Both the position numbers and the translations under genes were made by a program. From assembly GCA_963514005.1 (NCBI GenBank), contig OY740820.1, positions 23,932,001-23,996,000 of the forward strand: DNA of 64,000 bases, in the 5' to 3' direction. Each line of letters opens with the position of its first letter. The stretch's first letter is position 1. The notes under the pieces were generated by a model that did not search any database, had not been told where the DNA came from, and saw nothing but the letters and a program-made list of their open reading frames with translations. The DNA is from Raja brachyura (taxonomy: Eukaryota). Below, in pieces: positions 13,775-27,400 of this stretch.

Positions 13775-15587
13775 CTTGACTCCATCCTATCCCCCTTTGT
13801 TAAATCCCTCCCCACCTATGTTCAAGACACCTCAGGCACTCTCCGTCGGCTCCGCACATTCCGTTGTCCAGGCCCCCATCCTCTCATCTTCACCATGGAC
13901 GTCCAGTCACTATACACCTGCATCCCCCACCAGGATGGTCTCAAAGCCCTCCGGTACTTCCTCGACCAGAGGAGCAACCCATACCCATCCACTGACACCC
14001 TCCTCCGTCTAGCGGAGTTGGTCCTTACCCTCAACAACTTCTCTTTTGACTCCTCCCATTTCCTCCAAACACAAGGCGTAGCTATGGGCACACGCATGGG
14101 CCCTACCTACGCCTGCCTCTTTGTCGGGCACGTCGAACAATCTTTGTTCTCGGCGTACCAGGGCCCCACCCCCGACCTTTACCTCCGTTACATTGACGAC
14201 TGCTTTGGTATCACCTCCTGCACCCACGCACAACTGACTGACTTCATCCATTTCACCACCAACTTCCATCCGGCACTTAAAAATACGTGGACCATTTCCG
14301 ACATTTCCCCTACCATTCCTTGACCTCACCATCTCTATTGCAGGTGATACACTCCTGACTGACATCCACTACAAACCAACTGACTCCCACAGCTACCTGG
14401 ACTACTCTTCCTCCCACCCTGCTTCCTGTAAGGACTCCATCCCCTATTCCCAATTCCTCCGTCTACGCCGCATCTGCTCCCAGGATGACGTGTTCCACAC
14501 CAGGTCATCACAAATGTCCTTGTTCTTCAGAGAACGGGGTTTCCCCTCCCCCACTATAGATGAGGCTCGCACCAGGGTCTCCTCCATACCCCGCAACACT
14601 GCCCTCTCTCCCCATTCCCCCACTCACAACAAGGGCCGAGTCCCCCTGGTCCTCACCTTTCACCCCACCAGCCAGCGCATACAACAGATAGTCCTCCGCC
14701 AGTTTCGCCACCTCCAACGTGACCCCTCCACTCGCCACATCTTCCCATCTCCCCCCCTGTCTGCCTTCCGCAAAGACCGCTCCCTCCGCAACTCCCTTGT
14801 CAATTCTTCCCTTCCCTCCTGCTCCTCTCCTTCCCCAGGCACTTTCCCTTGCAACCGCAAGAGATGCTACACTTGTCCCTTCACCTCCCCCATCCACTCC
14901 TTTCAGGGACCCAAGCAGTCATTCCAAGTCCGACAGAGGTTCACCTGCACCTCCTCCAACCTCATCTACTGCATCCGTTGCTCCAGATGCCAGCTGATCT
15001 ACATCGGTGAGACAAAGCGGAGGCTGGGCGATCGTTTCGCCGAACACCTCCGCTCGGTCCGCAATAACCAACCCGACCTCCCGGTGGCTCAGCAATTCAA
15101 CCCCCCCTCCCATTCCGTATCCGACCTCTCGGTCCTGGGCCTCCTCCACAGCCAGAGTGAGCAACACCGCAAGTTGGAGGAACAGCACCTCATATTCCGC
15201 TTGGGGAGTCTGCATCCTCTGGGCTTAAACATTGAATTTTCTCAATTCTGTTAACCCAGACTGCCCCCTCCCCTCCCCACCTCTCCCTCAGCCCTCGGGC
15301 CCTGACATTCCTTCTCCATCTCCCACCCCCCCCCCCCACCCCAGTCGCACTAGCTTCTCATTTTCACACCACAAACTGCTTACAATGGCCTGCTTCCTTT
15401 ATCATCAATACTTTTTTGCATATCTTTCATTCATTGTTTTTTATCTCTCCACCTCACTGTTTATATCTCTCGTTTCCCTGATCCCTGACCAGTCTGAAGA
15501 AGGGTCTCGACCCGAAACGTCGCCTATCTCCTTCGCTCCTTAGATGCTGCTGCACCCGCTGAGTTTCTCCAGCTTTTTGTGTAACCC
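13775..15587 (+). mobile_element. Penelope-like retroelement (Neptune-type), 5'-truncated: RT, Cys linker, GIY-YIG endonuclease and 3' pLTR
   Basis: RT motifs TMDVQSLYT, QGVAMGTRMGP, YLRYIDDCFG; CNRKRCYTC linker; GIY-YIG NLIYCIRC..IYIGETKRRLGDRFAEH. One +1 frameshift in the C-run 14307-14310. 12-bp TSD TACACTAACTAC (13763-13774, 15588-15599). Confidence 0.93.
15494..15521 (+). ncRNA. Minimal type I hammerhead-ribozyme-like core in the Penelope pLTR
   Basis: CTGAAGA-A-GGGTC-TC-GACCC-GAAA-CGTC: conserved CUGANGA and GAAA boxes, 5-bp stem II, palindromic ACGU in place of stem III, GUC cleavage triplet. Penelope pLTRs are known to carry minimal hammerheads. Confidence 0.65.
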
Positions 15588-17999
15588 TACACTAACTACA
15601 CCTCTATTTACATGAATTCCTTTTTATTCTTCCCACATTCACATCGTATTCTTCTAAATGGTCAATTAATCTAACAACCAACATGACATTGGCATGTTGG
15701 AAGAAACCAGAGCACCCAAAGGAAACCCACGTGTAAATTTCACACAGACAGCACCAGAGATCAGAAATGAGCCAAGAGTTGGAAGAACTGCGTCACCCCG
15801 AATACTTGAATAACTGTTCTTCATTCAAGCCAAAGTACAATTATGCCCGGAAAAATTGCAAAGGCTAGATATACAATCAAATACTTTTAAAACAACAGCC
15901 AGAACTTATGCTATACTAATCTATTCCAAATGTAAAGCTTTATTATGATTTTTGCTTTATCTAATCTGTCGTAAAAAAAATTTAAGAAAAAAATAAGCAC
16001 ACAACTTACAAAAGATAATGCAAATTCATCTAATTCGCCATTAATACACAATTCTACCAAGGATGCAAAACTTTGTAAAGTTCCCCTGTTGAGAGCATCT
16101 GAAATGAAATGGTCCACTTGCTAGCATTGTTATTCTGCAAAGTGTTTCTTTTTCAGACCAATTTAAACTTTTCTTTTCCGGAGCTTTCTTTGTATTTGAA
16201 ACAAAAGTATGTATCCGTCAGCGTGGAGAACAGAGCGGGTTGCATAGCTCGCTACCTGCCTGCCTGCCCGCCTGCCTGCCTGCCGCTGCTGCTGGGAATG
16301 CACACTATTTGGCAGAACCATGCTCAATACCTGAATGTGCTGCTCTACACTGCAATCACCTGACTACCTGCCCACCAGTCCATCAAGTCTATGACTACCC
16401 TACCCACTTGCAGGAGGGGTAATTACAGCAACCAGAATGTAGAAGACATTCACCACTATGTTCCCTTGATTAGAAGACTTTAGTTGTGAGGAGAATTGGA
16501 TAGGCTGGGTTTGTTTTCCCTGGAGCTGAGATATGACCCAATAGAGGTCTTTAAAATTATAAGAGACATAGATAATCTATTTTGCACAATAAACATATCA
16601 ATAACAAAACGGCATAGGTTTAAGGTGAGAAGAAGAGGTTTTCAGGGAATTTAGGGGACACACAGACAGAGTCATTGATATCTGGAGCCCATTGCCAGAA
16701 GAGGTGGTGGAATTAATTATTGTCACTATGTTTAATGTACATCTAGACAGCCACTTATATCCTATACAGGGTACAGACCGAATGTGGGCAGATGGGATTA
16801 GAAAAGTTGGCATGGTCTTGACGAGCTGAGCTGAAGAGCGTGTTTCTGTGCAGCTTGACTCAATGACTCCCTGACTGATGTTAACTTCACCCATGATATG
16901 TTCATGCAGAATCACAGCATGATTGCAGCATACAGGAGAACACTGACCCAGAGAATTCACACCTGCTCTTTGCCTGAGCAACTCTCTTGTTCCACACATC
17001 TCCCTTCTCACTCGGCAGATATTTCTCCACCACGTTTTATCTGATCTCTCTTGAAGTCCACACTCAAACCTATGGGGCAATTTCAACCATACATCACATA
17101 AAACAGTTTTTCATTATGTCGTTCTTAATTCTTTCTCCCTTTTCTTTCACCCTAGTGAACAGCCACTATCCACTAGGTGTCCAAACCCCTCATCATTTTA
17201 TGCATTCCTTTCAACCTTCTCTTTTCTAAAAAAAACAGCTTCTTTAACCTATTTGTGTAACTGCAGCCCCTCATCCTAGTAACTATCCTCACAAGATCTT
17301 TTCTGAATCCTCCCTCATACCTTCACAATCTTCCCAAAAATCTACCAGAATATTCCATTTCATCTGGACCAGTGTTTAATAAAGGTTTATATTTGTGAGT
17401 AAGACTCCTGAGATATTCAGGGTAGTTATACCACAGTAACACGTTATCTCAATGTCTGACCTTCAGGCGAACCAATGGATTTGATTTCAGTTCTGATAGT
17501 GGTTCACTTTTGCTCTTCCAAACACTCTGATACAGTTCTCAAATCTTTCCCATTTCAAGCCTTCCAGTCCAGCAGGCATGTCTAATCCCATTACTAAAGC
17601 CCCAGTGGACACCACAGAGCTAATTACACCGAATACCCAGCACACACATTCAACCCGACCAGCCTATGCCAATGTTTATGCTCCACTGAAGAATCCTCCC
17701 CTCCAATGCTATCAGCATCAGTCTTTATCCCCTTAGCCATGAGTTTCCTATCTTGGTTAACTCTAAGGGTGAGAAAGATTGAGAAGATTGTTAGGGTGCT
17801 GACACAGCCGAGCTTGCCACCTGTCTACATTGAGCCCAGGGTCTGTTGTGCACCTGTTCAGTAAGATCTGGGCTGCGTGCCATCATGAAACAAATGTAGG
17901 ATGGAGTTGAATTTCTGCAGGCCAAATATGGGAAGGATGCCCCATTGTACATTGGAGTCAAAGAGTTTTACAAATCAAAAAACATATTTAATAGTAATT

Positions 18000-18480
18000 G
18001 ATGCTGCTCCATTTATTTCTCTTAATCAAGTGGCATGGTGAAAGTGCGTGTTTGTAAATTGAGGGAATGTTTACCACAATTTGGGGAGCAGCTCTTCAGC
18101 CACTGGAGGAGGTGTGGTGGGGTAGTGTTCTACTGGGGAGTAGTGGTCCCTTGCTTGTGTGTGCTCCTGAGATATGGTCTAAATGCAGCAGGCACTTCAA
18201 AGCACCTGAGAAATAACACCAACGCAGTCTGCGCAAAATTCTCTCTATGTCGCGAAGGATAAGTGCACTAACATCACCATCCTCTCCCAGGTTAACACTC
18301 TCAGCACTGAGATCTTAGTGACAGTCAGCTCTGATGGGCAGATCATGTTGTTTGTATACCTCACACTAGGCTCCTGAAGTAAGATACCTTATCACACCAA
18401 CCAATTACCTGTGGACAGTTGAAGATATTGAATAATGCTCACAAAACAGTTTCTACCCCAGCCATAACATAGTCTGTGGG
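18000..18480 (+). mobile_element. RTE (BovB-like) LINE remnant
   Basis: Degenerate HQRSLRKIL...TNITILSQ...QL*WADHVVC.P.TRLLK C-terminal RTE motif; boundaries approximate. Confidence 0.6.
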
Positions 18481-20143
18481 TCCTTCATTGGTTTCATCAG
18501 CAATCAGGATGTGGAGCGGATGTACACTCTCCTTCATCAGAAGACAAGGGATGCAGAGGGAGGAGACAGAGGGAGAATGCTGGACTGGGCAAAGTCGTGG
18601 GGAGGTTGTGAGAGCAAGAGAAGCAATGGGCTAAGGAATGCATGAGGGAAGAGTCTGAGAGACGACAAAAGCACACAGGATAAAAAGATGCAAGGTAGAC
18701 ACAAAGTGCTGAAGTAACTCAGCAGGACGGCAGCATCTCTGGAGTGAAGGAATGGGTGACGTTTCGGGTCGAGACCCTTCTTCAAACTGAAGAAACATGC
18801 CAAGAGAGATTGACAGATACTTAGTTATTAAGGGAATTCAGAGGTATACAATTAGTACAGGTAAGTGGCACTATCTAACTATGATCTAACTCATAATTGA
18901 GGTCGCCAGTCCATATGCAAGGCTGTTTAGAGTTAGCAAGCTCATGATTTTCCTTCAAACCATGAGAGGAGGAACATAGTGGGCACTGGCGTCAAAAACC
19001 GTCAGTGCAGCAGTCACACAGAAGAGAATCCAAAGGGGTATCGACACTGCGGTCTGCTCCAGCTAACTGCAAATCAACAGAGCTTAATTACACCAATGAT
19101 CTCTTATCAGGCAGGAGTTAAAATATAGCTCAGTAATCATAGCCCAGAGTTAACCAACAGAGCTGGGAAGCTGCCAGTGGAATTGAGAGGAAATGCATTT
19201 CATTTTAATTAAAAACAAAATCACAGGGCGGAGAGCCTCAATACATTGTCCCAGCTGCTGCATGCAGCTTAATCACAGTCGCAAAGGAATCTGACAGCAG
19301 AAGCATTTCTCCAGTCTCAGATGGGATACAGAATATATCAGAGCATAGAATAGGTTAGCAAAGGAACAGGTCCTGTGGCACATAATGTCCATGCAGAACA
19401 TGATGCCAGGTTAAACTCGTCTCCTGTGCCTTCACCCAATCCATATCCCTCCACCCCTGCATATCCCAAAGGCTCATACACACCTGGACATCATCTGCAA
19501 ACTTACTAACCAACCCATCTACATTATCATCCAAATAATTTCTATATATCACAAACAAAAGAGATTCTAGTACCAGTACATGTAAAAGGAAACTGCTGGT
19601 AGAACTCCTTGAGTCAATCAGCATCTGTGGAGGGAATTTAACAGACAACATTTCGTCAGGGATATTCTTCAGAAGAGCCTTGACCTGAAATGCTGCATCA
19701 GAATCTGTGGATAACACTAACTTATTACAATGAGACAAGGCATGCAGGTTAAAACATGTATGTGAATCACAGCATATGGAGCTCTGGGAATATAAAAGTG
19801 GAATATCTTCTTAATGGTAAAAAATATATATGCTTATTAAGACTAATTGTCTTCAATTGTAATCCTTTAAATGTCAGAGTTTGAAAGGCGACTTGATCAA
19901 GGTGGTGAAAAATTAAAATAATTTGCAGGACAAATACACATAAATCACTCCCCCTGGTAGGGAAGTCAGGAATTAGGAGACATCATTTGAAGATTATTAT
20001 TTGGCCATTCGGAAGGACATCTTGAAGCAGTTTTATGATTGGACAGAAACTTGGAATACTCTCCAAAAGGCTGTGGATCCTCAGACAAATGTGGCTTTGG
20101 AAATTAAAGCAGCTAACGGGACCAAGGGATATGAGATGGAGGA

Positions 20144-20213
20144 AACTCAGCGGGACAGGCAGCATCTCTAGAGAGAAGGAATGGGTGACATTTTGGGTCT
20201 AGACCCTTCTTCA
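20144..20213 (-). mobile_element. Short Penelope pLTR insertion
   Basis: pLTR reverse complement; 11-bp TSD GAGATGGAGGA (20133-20143, 20214-20224). Confidence 0.8.
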
Positions 20214-23200
20214 GAGATGGAGGATTCAGATAGATAAATGGAGCTGAAATATAGATCAGCAATTATCTAATTGAATGGTGGGGAAGTGTAAAAGGGCTGA
20301 ATGGGTTATTTTTGTTCCTGCATCAGCAACATCCAACTTTAGTGAAGTCACAGATAGGAACCACCGTGTAGGAAAGGACTGCAGATGCTGGGTTAAATCA
20401 AAGGAAGACAGAGATGCTGCTTGTCCCGCTGAGTTAATCCAGCATTTTGTGTCTACCTTCGGAAAAAACCACTGCCTTCCTGTCACACTTCCAAAGGGCA
20501 CACTTTGTGAACAGAAAGTGGCCCTTTGGACAACTTCCATCATTTAATCACACAATGGCTGATCTGTATCTTAACTGCATCTACTCACTATGGTTCTAAA
20601 ACCCCTAATTTAACCTTACTACATGTTCATACCCCAATTTCTTTATCTTAGATATATTATTGCATTCCTGATGGGAAACATACATGTGATACCTACTGTA
20701 GAGTTTCTGGGGATTTTGCACTCCTCATCCCCAATGCACTGACCCTCACATTAAATGTTGTGCAGTCTTGCTCTGGACTCTTCCCCCAGGTTCTGCACAT
20801 CCCATTAACATTTGCATCTTAATGTTATTTTCAGGTATTCCTTTACAACACAATCGGCTCACTGAATTTCCGTAGCTCTGGAAGTGGCCGAGCAACCCTG
20901 TTCCATTATCTAGTTCCCCGTCACCTATTGTTATCCACATGCCTATTAACTCCCCTGATTTTCCCACTCCCCATCTACAGTTGTGCTAATTTATAATGGC
21001 TAATTGCTTCATCGACCAGCCCATCTTTGGAATACAAGAAGTCGGAGCACATGGGGATACCCACACGATCACAGGAAAATTGTGCAAATTACACACAGGC
21101 AGCATTCGAGGTCAGAATTGAATCTGGATCCCTAAAGCCTCGAAACAGTTACACTACCTACCACCAACCTTAACCCTGATCACCTCCTTGTCACCGATAG
21201 CTAAGGTCATACAATTCCCTGCTATATATCAACCCTCTGCCCTGGTAAAAAATCACCCAGCAAACAAGACCCCAACAGCCATGAACAACAATACCAGTTT
21301 GTAACTTAAATCATAACAGTCCTTTCACTTTTCAAATATCCACAACCTACATGCTGGAGGCTAAACAGCTCCAGAGACTAGAGTTCTCAGAATTATTAAT
21401 AATGTATGACGTTCTGCTGTGCAGCACTGAAGAAAACACTAAATTAACCAAAGCCTTGCCAGCGCAACCCTTCCCCCAGCAACAGTTCCTGGTGATCTGC
21501 ACCTCTCACTGGTTCTGCACTTCCATTAATGAGGAAGGCACAGGATTGTTAATCTCACCCCTTCCCATACCCTCCTCCAGAAAAGGGGGTCAAATGGCAA
21601 ACACATTCCGAAACCCCACCGCCTGTGCACAAACATCCACACCACACAAATGAGCAATGAACACAGGACGTCTACATCCGTCATGATCCAATAATGCAGG
21701 CACAGTGGGAAACGAGAGGGAGAAAGAAAAACAAAGACAGAGAGAGAACACTCTCAGAATTTCACAGCTCTTTCCTCTTCAGTTTCAGACGTTAGCTATA
21801 ATTCTTTACACGTGATCGTGAGAGGCAGGCGGGGGGGAAGAGGGTATTTGGGGGAAAACTGCAGTCGCCAAACAATGCTCACTTGTTCTGAACTGATTGA
21901 GATTAGTAGGAACTCTTTTCCCCTCACTAACCCTGGGCTGCAGGAGCAGATGGGCTTTAGTCAAACTGCAGGAATATCTACTTTGACCCTTACCTCAAAT
22001 ATGAAGAAAGGTTTAAAAAAAATGTTAAAACTGCAAATGCTGGAAATCTGAAATTAAAAACATAAGATTCTAAAAACATGCTACAGGTCAGGCAGCCTCT
22101 GTGAAGAGAGAATACAGGTCAGAAGAAAGATCTCCAACCAGAAATATTACTACCTCTGGCCTGCTGAGTACTTCCAGTTTCAGTTAGCTACACACATTCC
22201 AATAGAGGGAGCGGTGCAGAAAGAGGCAGAGGGCTGATGCCTAATGTCACAGCATCATGTGTCAGGAGGATTGCCCAGAAAGATGCACTCCAGCACTGAG
22301 ACAGCACATGGAGAAGGATCTTGCAAAGATAAGTAAGATATAAACAGGATATAAAAGCTGAACTGGAATCAATTCAAATTAAACTGGCAATAAAAGGACA
22401 GGGGGGAAATGAGTTCAATGTGTGTGAAGGAGTGCTATCAGGAAGTAGTTCAGCAATTAAAACAAGCACATAGACTCGGAATGGAACAATGGAATTGAAA
22501 GCATTTGAGAATAGTCAAACTTTGATTAACCCTTGGCACTGAAACAAGAATATCCCCAGTAGATTAGATCTGTATTCTTTAAGTTTAGAACAGTGATAGT
22601 ATTGAAACATGAGGTCGTGAGTGATCGTGACAGGGTGAATGTTGAGATGTTGCCATTGGCGGGAGGCTTAAACAAGGAAACACGGTTACAAGGAGGGCGG
22701 TTCCTTTAAACTGTGGTGTGAATGATTTTCTTCCTGCAAAGGGTGGTGAATCCCCTAAATTCCAGAGGGTTGTGAAGAATACGCCACTGATGGTATTTAA
22801 TGAGGAGATACATAAACATTTGAAAGATGAGAAAATAAAGAGTAATGGGGAGCAGGTACAACAAAGTTTTGGTCTGGGGTGGATCAGCCACGATCAGATT
22901 AAATGGTGGGGCAGGTAGTTCAGGAGGCAGGTAGCTCATTTGTATTCTCATGTTTTAAACATGAGGAAGGAGAGGCAAGAGTCAACCCTGACAATAGTCA
23001 TACAGCCTCCATCATGACAGTCAACCGACCAATACATTGCAACAACAGTCCGCAGGCAAATACAAGCGATCACAACTCATTGTGCTGCCACCTTACCAAC
23101 AGGCACTTAAATGGACACGTATTCTTGCATGTGATACGAAGAGCTGCAGTCACAGAAGGGTAAAAGCATTAAAAGGTGAGGTTGGAAGGAGGGGTGGGGA

Positions 23201-26200
23201 GGGGACAAGTGGAGATGGCAGATGGTGGGAGCCACAGTATAGAGTTTAAGAGAGTTAGGGAAAATCAATTTAGCTGCAAAATGTTGTTACAGTACCTGAC
23301 TCACCTACCTCCTCTGGCAGCCGTTCCACATACCCACTATCTGTTTAGTTAAGAAATTAGGAGCAAGGTAAGGTAACTGGACACACAGATCACCCAAAGC
23401 AGGCCAGGCGGAATGAATGCTATCCTCCTTTCTCCAAGTCCCAATGAGAAGTACCTTCCTGCATGCTGAAATAAATGTTGCTCCTTCCCCCAAAGATGAA
23501 ACTTTTTCCTTCAAGTAATTTAAGCCGAACTTCAAAGTTGTAATCAATTCCCATAACGCTGTAACTTTTTTTACCAATGATATAACCAATTCCAGTAACA
23601 CTGGGCCCCATTCCCCAATACTGTAACCAAATCCTGTAGCAATGTAGTTCCCTCCCCTCTGATGAAAACGATTTCCTCAATCATAAATCTATTTCCTCAA
23701 CCCCCCCAACCCTCCCCCGAGGAGTGTAACCAATTCCTTTAATGATGCAACTCCTCTCCCTTAACGAGTTAACCGCTTCTGTCAATAATGCAATAATTCC
23801 TCCTAATCAATTCAGCAAAACAGTCTTAAAAATACAAGTAATGCAAATAAAGTAAAGATGTTCCACACAAGGCCTGCTCCAGACTAGAGGTCAGAGGGAG
23901 AGTGTTGCTGTGGGGCACTCTCTGGATCCCATCCTGCTCTTTCTCATATTACAAATGTGCTCTGCTTCAGTTGAAAGGGCAAGGTTCATGGTTCACAGAG
24001 GTTATATCACTTGAGTTCTGATCCTGTCTCTCTCTAATAGATGACAAGCCAGCTATAAACTCAAGGACCACTAGATATTCCCAGGATACCAGGTCAAAGG
24101 TTAGGTCTGTCAGCTCATTAATGGATGTAGTTACTAGGTTACGACGATCGGATTCTCTGCATTTGTCAGCTGGGAATCTATCATCCAAGAAGCCAGCAGA
24201 GCAACAAGGCTGCAGGCTCCTTTTAATCCCAGGGTGAACAGCGGGTATGGCTCAGATGTGTGAACGATAAGTAGCAGAACAGGTGGCTATTGCAGGGCTG
24301 CAGGGCAGAGGCTAGTGTGTGCCTTTCACAATGGCGCACAAAGGAAGAGGTTCTCAAACAAGCAGCTGCCATCATGAAATTTGTGCAACTGGTGAATGTA
24401 GAATCTCAATCAATTTATTACTCAGTTGGTAAATGCATTTCCCAGGATGACCCAACACTTGCACAACTGGGCTAGATGCAGGAGCTCGTGCTGTGCATGG
24501 AAATGCATCACTGCAGCACCCTGCTCATAGAGGCACCTTTGTTTACATGCAAGATCCACCTTTTTGTTATCGTCATTGAATACAACTGATTTGAGTGGTA
24601 AGCAAACTGTAATCCACACATATACAACTACATTTTTTTCATAAAACAAATCAAGAGCAGACTATGAACTGTAAACCATCACCCAATCAGTAAACCGGTC
24701 TTTTCCAAATGTATTCTATCCGGTAAGCATTAAGGCACTTTGCTTCCAATGGTCTAATGTTCCTCAGACTGACATGTGGTTTGGCCAGACCTTGTTTTGT
24801 TCTTCTCCCTTGGCATGAGCAAATGACATTTACCCCATTTCATATAGCAACAGAGATCTAGCACAGAGGGCCCCGCTTGTTTCCATGGTCATTCCCCATC
24901 TCCTGCCTCTGGGTTCAATCAATTTAAATGGGATCACTGTAAAGACGTGGTAATGTTCGCAACACGTGAATTTAAGTGTAAGAAATGTATATCCTGATGG
25001 AGATCATCCACCAAGAAAGGCAACTATACACCATGCCCCACACAATCCCACAACTCCAGCGCACCTATTAATGCTGCAGAACACCTTTACGTTATAGCCC
25101 GACGAACTCTACAAAACCCAGCACACCAGATACATTCTCCATTCAAACCAATATCTTAGTGCTGAACAAAGCTTCATACACCATATTACCAGCACAGCTA
25201 ACCTCCGCAAACCATCAGCAATTAACATACACCAGGTGCTCATCTCTCTCTGCACCAGCCCACACCCAATGCCATGAAACAAAGGGGCCGAGAACCCTCA
25301 GCCAGCTGAACAAACAGACTGCACACCAGGATTCTCCTTCCAATTCAATCTCTGTAGTCTATGGAATGACACCTCTGAGAAAAGTCAATAACTCCAAAAT
25401 GATAAGAGAGTATTGGGGAAGGTGGATTAACTGCTTATACGTTGCTTTTAACTACCTGCTTTGGAAGTTATACACCAACTTGTTTTAAACACATGAGGCT
25501 AGATTTTCATGTTGTGATGCTGATAACAAACTGAACAATCTAAACTGGGATAGGCAATAGACACAAAATGCTGGAGTAACTCAGCGAGACAGGCAGCATC
25601 TCCGAAGAGAACGAATGGGCGACTCTTTGGGTGACGCTTGACCTGAAACAACACCCATTTCTTCTCTCCAGAGATGCTGACTGTCCCAGAGTAACTCCAG
25701 CACTTTGTGTTTATCTTCGGTGTAAACCAGCATCTGCAGTTCCCTCCTACACACTGTAGGCAATAATGCTAGTGGAAAATCTATATTATTTACTCTAAAA
25801 TGAGATAAATACCAGCTACTGTGCTGAGCTGATTCGGAGGTCCGCTGAAAAGTGACCAAAAATGTTTGGGTTAATTCCCGCCCAGGAGCATCGCTGCCCA
25901 GAACCAATGGTTTCTTGGCACCTCACCAAACTGCTATTCATCAGTACCGGTCATTCAATCATTGAGGCCATCACAGCTGAGACTGCTGCTGTCCTCGGCA
26001 ACCATCCAACAACTCTTTCCAAGTACTCAGAGCAAGAACTCTGGATGAATCCCCGGTCTTATAATGCCATCAGCTAACTCAGCACACATCTCCAAAACTA
26101 TTTTTTAATTACAGTGCAAGTAATGAGTTGCTTCAGATCTGCATCGATTGAAAATGCTTTTTGGGAAGATTCCAATTGACAAACAGTTGTACAGTGTAAG

Positions 26201-27160
26201 CAAAGTTCCACAGACCAACCATGGTTTATCCTTCCATCGGCTACAGCCTGCCCACACATTCCTCCCTCACATGCAACATTCTGAGGGCCCCGCTTGTTTC
26301 CATGGTCATGAACAAGCCGTCCCTCTCACCTATCGAAAGCACAGAGACGGGTGCTTGCCTGGTTAAGTGCTTTATTAAAGTACAGAAGGTCACTTGCATT
26401 GGCCAATCTCAAACAAATAGCACTTTACTACTTCACTAACACCCAACATTTAAAAAGAACTCAAAACGCAATTTTTTCCATACTGGTTTCTAAAGGGGCA
26501 TTTCATTAGCTGCATGCACACAGAGTCTTGTGTGTCCAAGCTGTAAGCTTACAGCCTGTAGCTCTTGGCATCGTTCAACAGGCATGTATGTGTTTCCAAA
26601 GAAAACAAGAGCTAATGCTGGATGAATGAGTGATATCTAGAGGGGCCTATAACTGACTCTGAACAAACAACACTGAAAAGAAAAGCAGATTTTCAGACAT
26701 GCACCCCAACATCAGGCTCTCTCACACTCATTCATTACTTTGGTGCCGATGTATTCAACAGCTTCATGTTGGCAGCCTTACCAAGACTCCCTACAGACCA
26801 GAAAACCCACCAAACTTTGGTGGTGACAACAACTAAAAATCTCAAGTTACAGTTTAGACATATCCCTTCCACCACTTTCAGTCAATGTCCCTCAGCCCCA
26901 ATCAGAATGACTTCTCTCTCCGTAAACCACAAACACACGGGCCTAGCCTCACAACACAATACAATACATAGAAACATAGAAAATACGTGCAGGAATAGGC
27001 CATTCAGCCCTTTGAGCCATTCAATATGATCATGGCAGATCATCCAAAATCAGTACCCCGTTCCGGCTTTTTCCCCATATCCCTTGATTCCGTTAGCCCT
27101 AAGAGCTAAATCTAACTCTCTCTTGAAAACATAGAACCTTCCAATCTTGGGAAAAATAAA

Positions 27161-27400
27161 AATGCTGGAGTAACTCAGCGAGTCAGGCAGCATCCCCGGG
27201 GTACATGGATAGACGACACTTTGAATGAGTACACTTCTTTTTTTGTTTTGGGTAGGGACCCTTCTTCAGACTCAGTAGAAGTGTCTGACCCAAAACGTCA
27301 CCTATCCATGTTCTTCAGGGATGCTGCCTGACCCACTGAGTTACTCCAGCATCTTGTGCCTTTCCTTGCTAAACCAGCATCTGCAGTTCCTTGTTCCTAC
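27161..27400. mobile_element. Inverted pair of Penelope pLTR fragments
   Basis: GCTGGAGTAACTCAG... and ...CTGAGTTACTCCAGC arms in inverted orientation; boundaries approximate. Confidence 0.7.

Noticed and set aside
23967-24188. Minus-strand ORF as NEO1 exon 2
   Set aside because: No Ig-domain signature and no convincing acceptor/donor pair.
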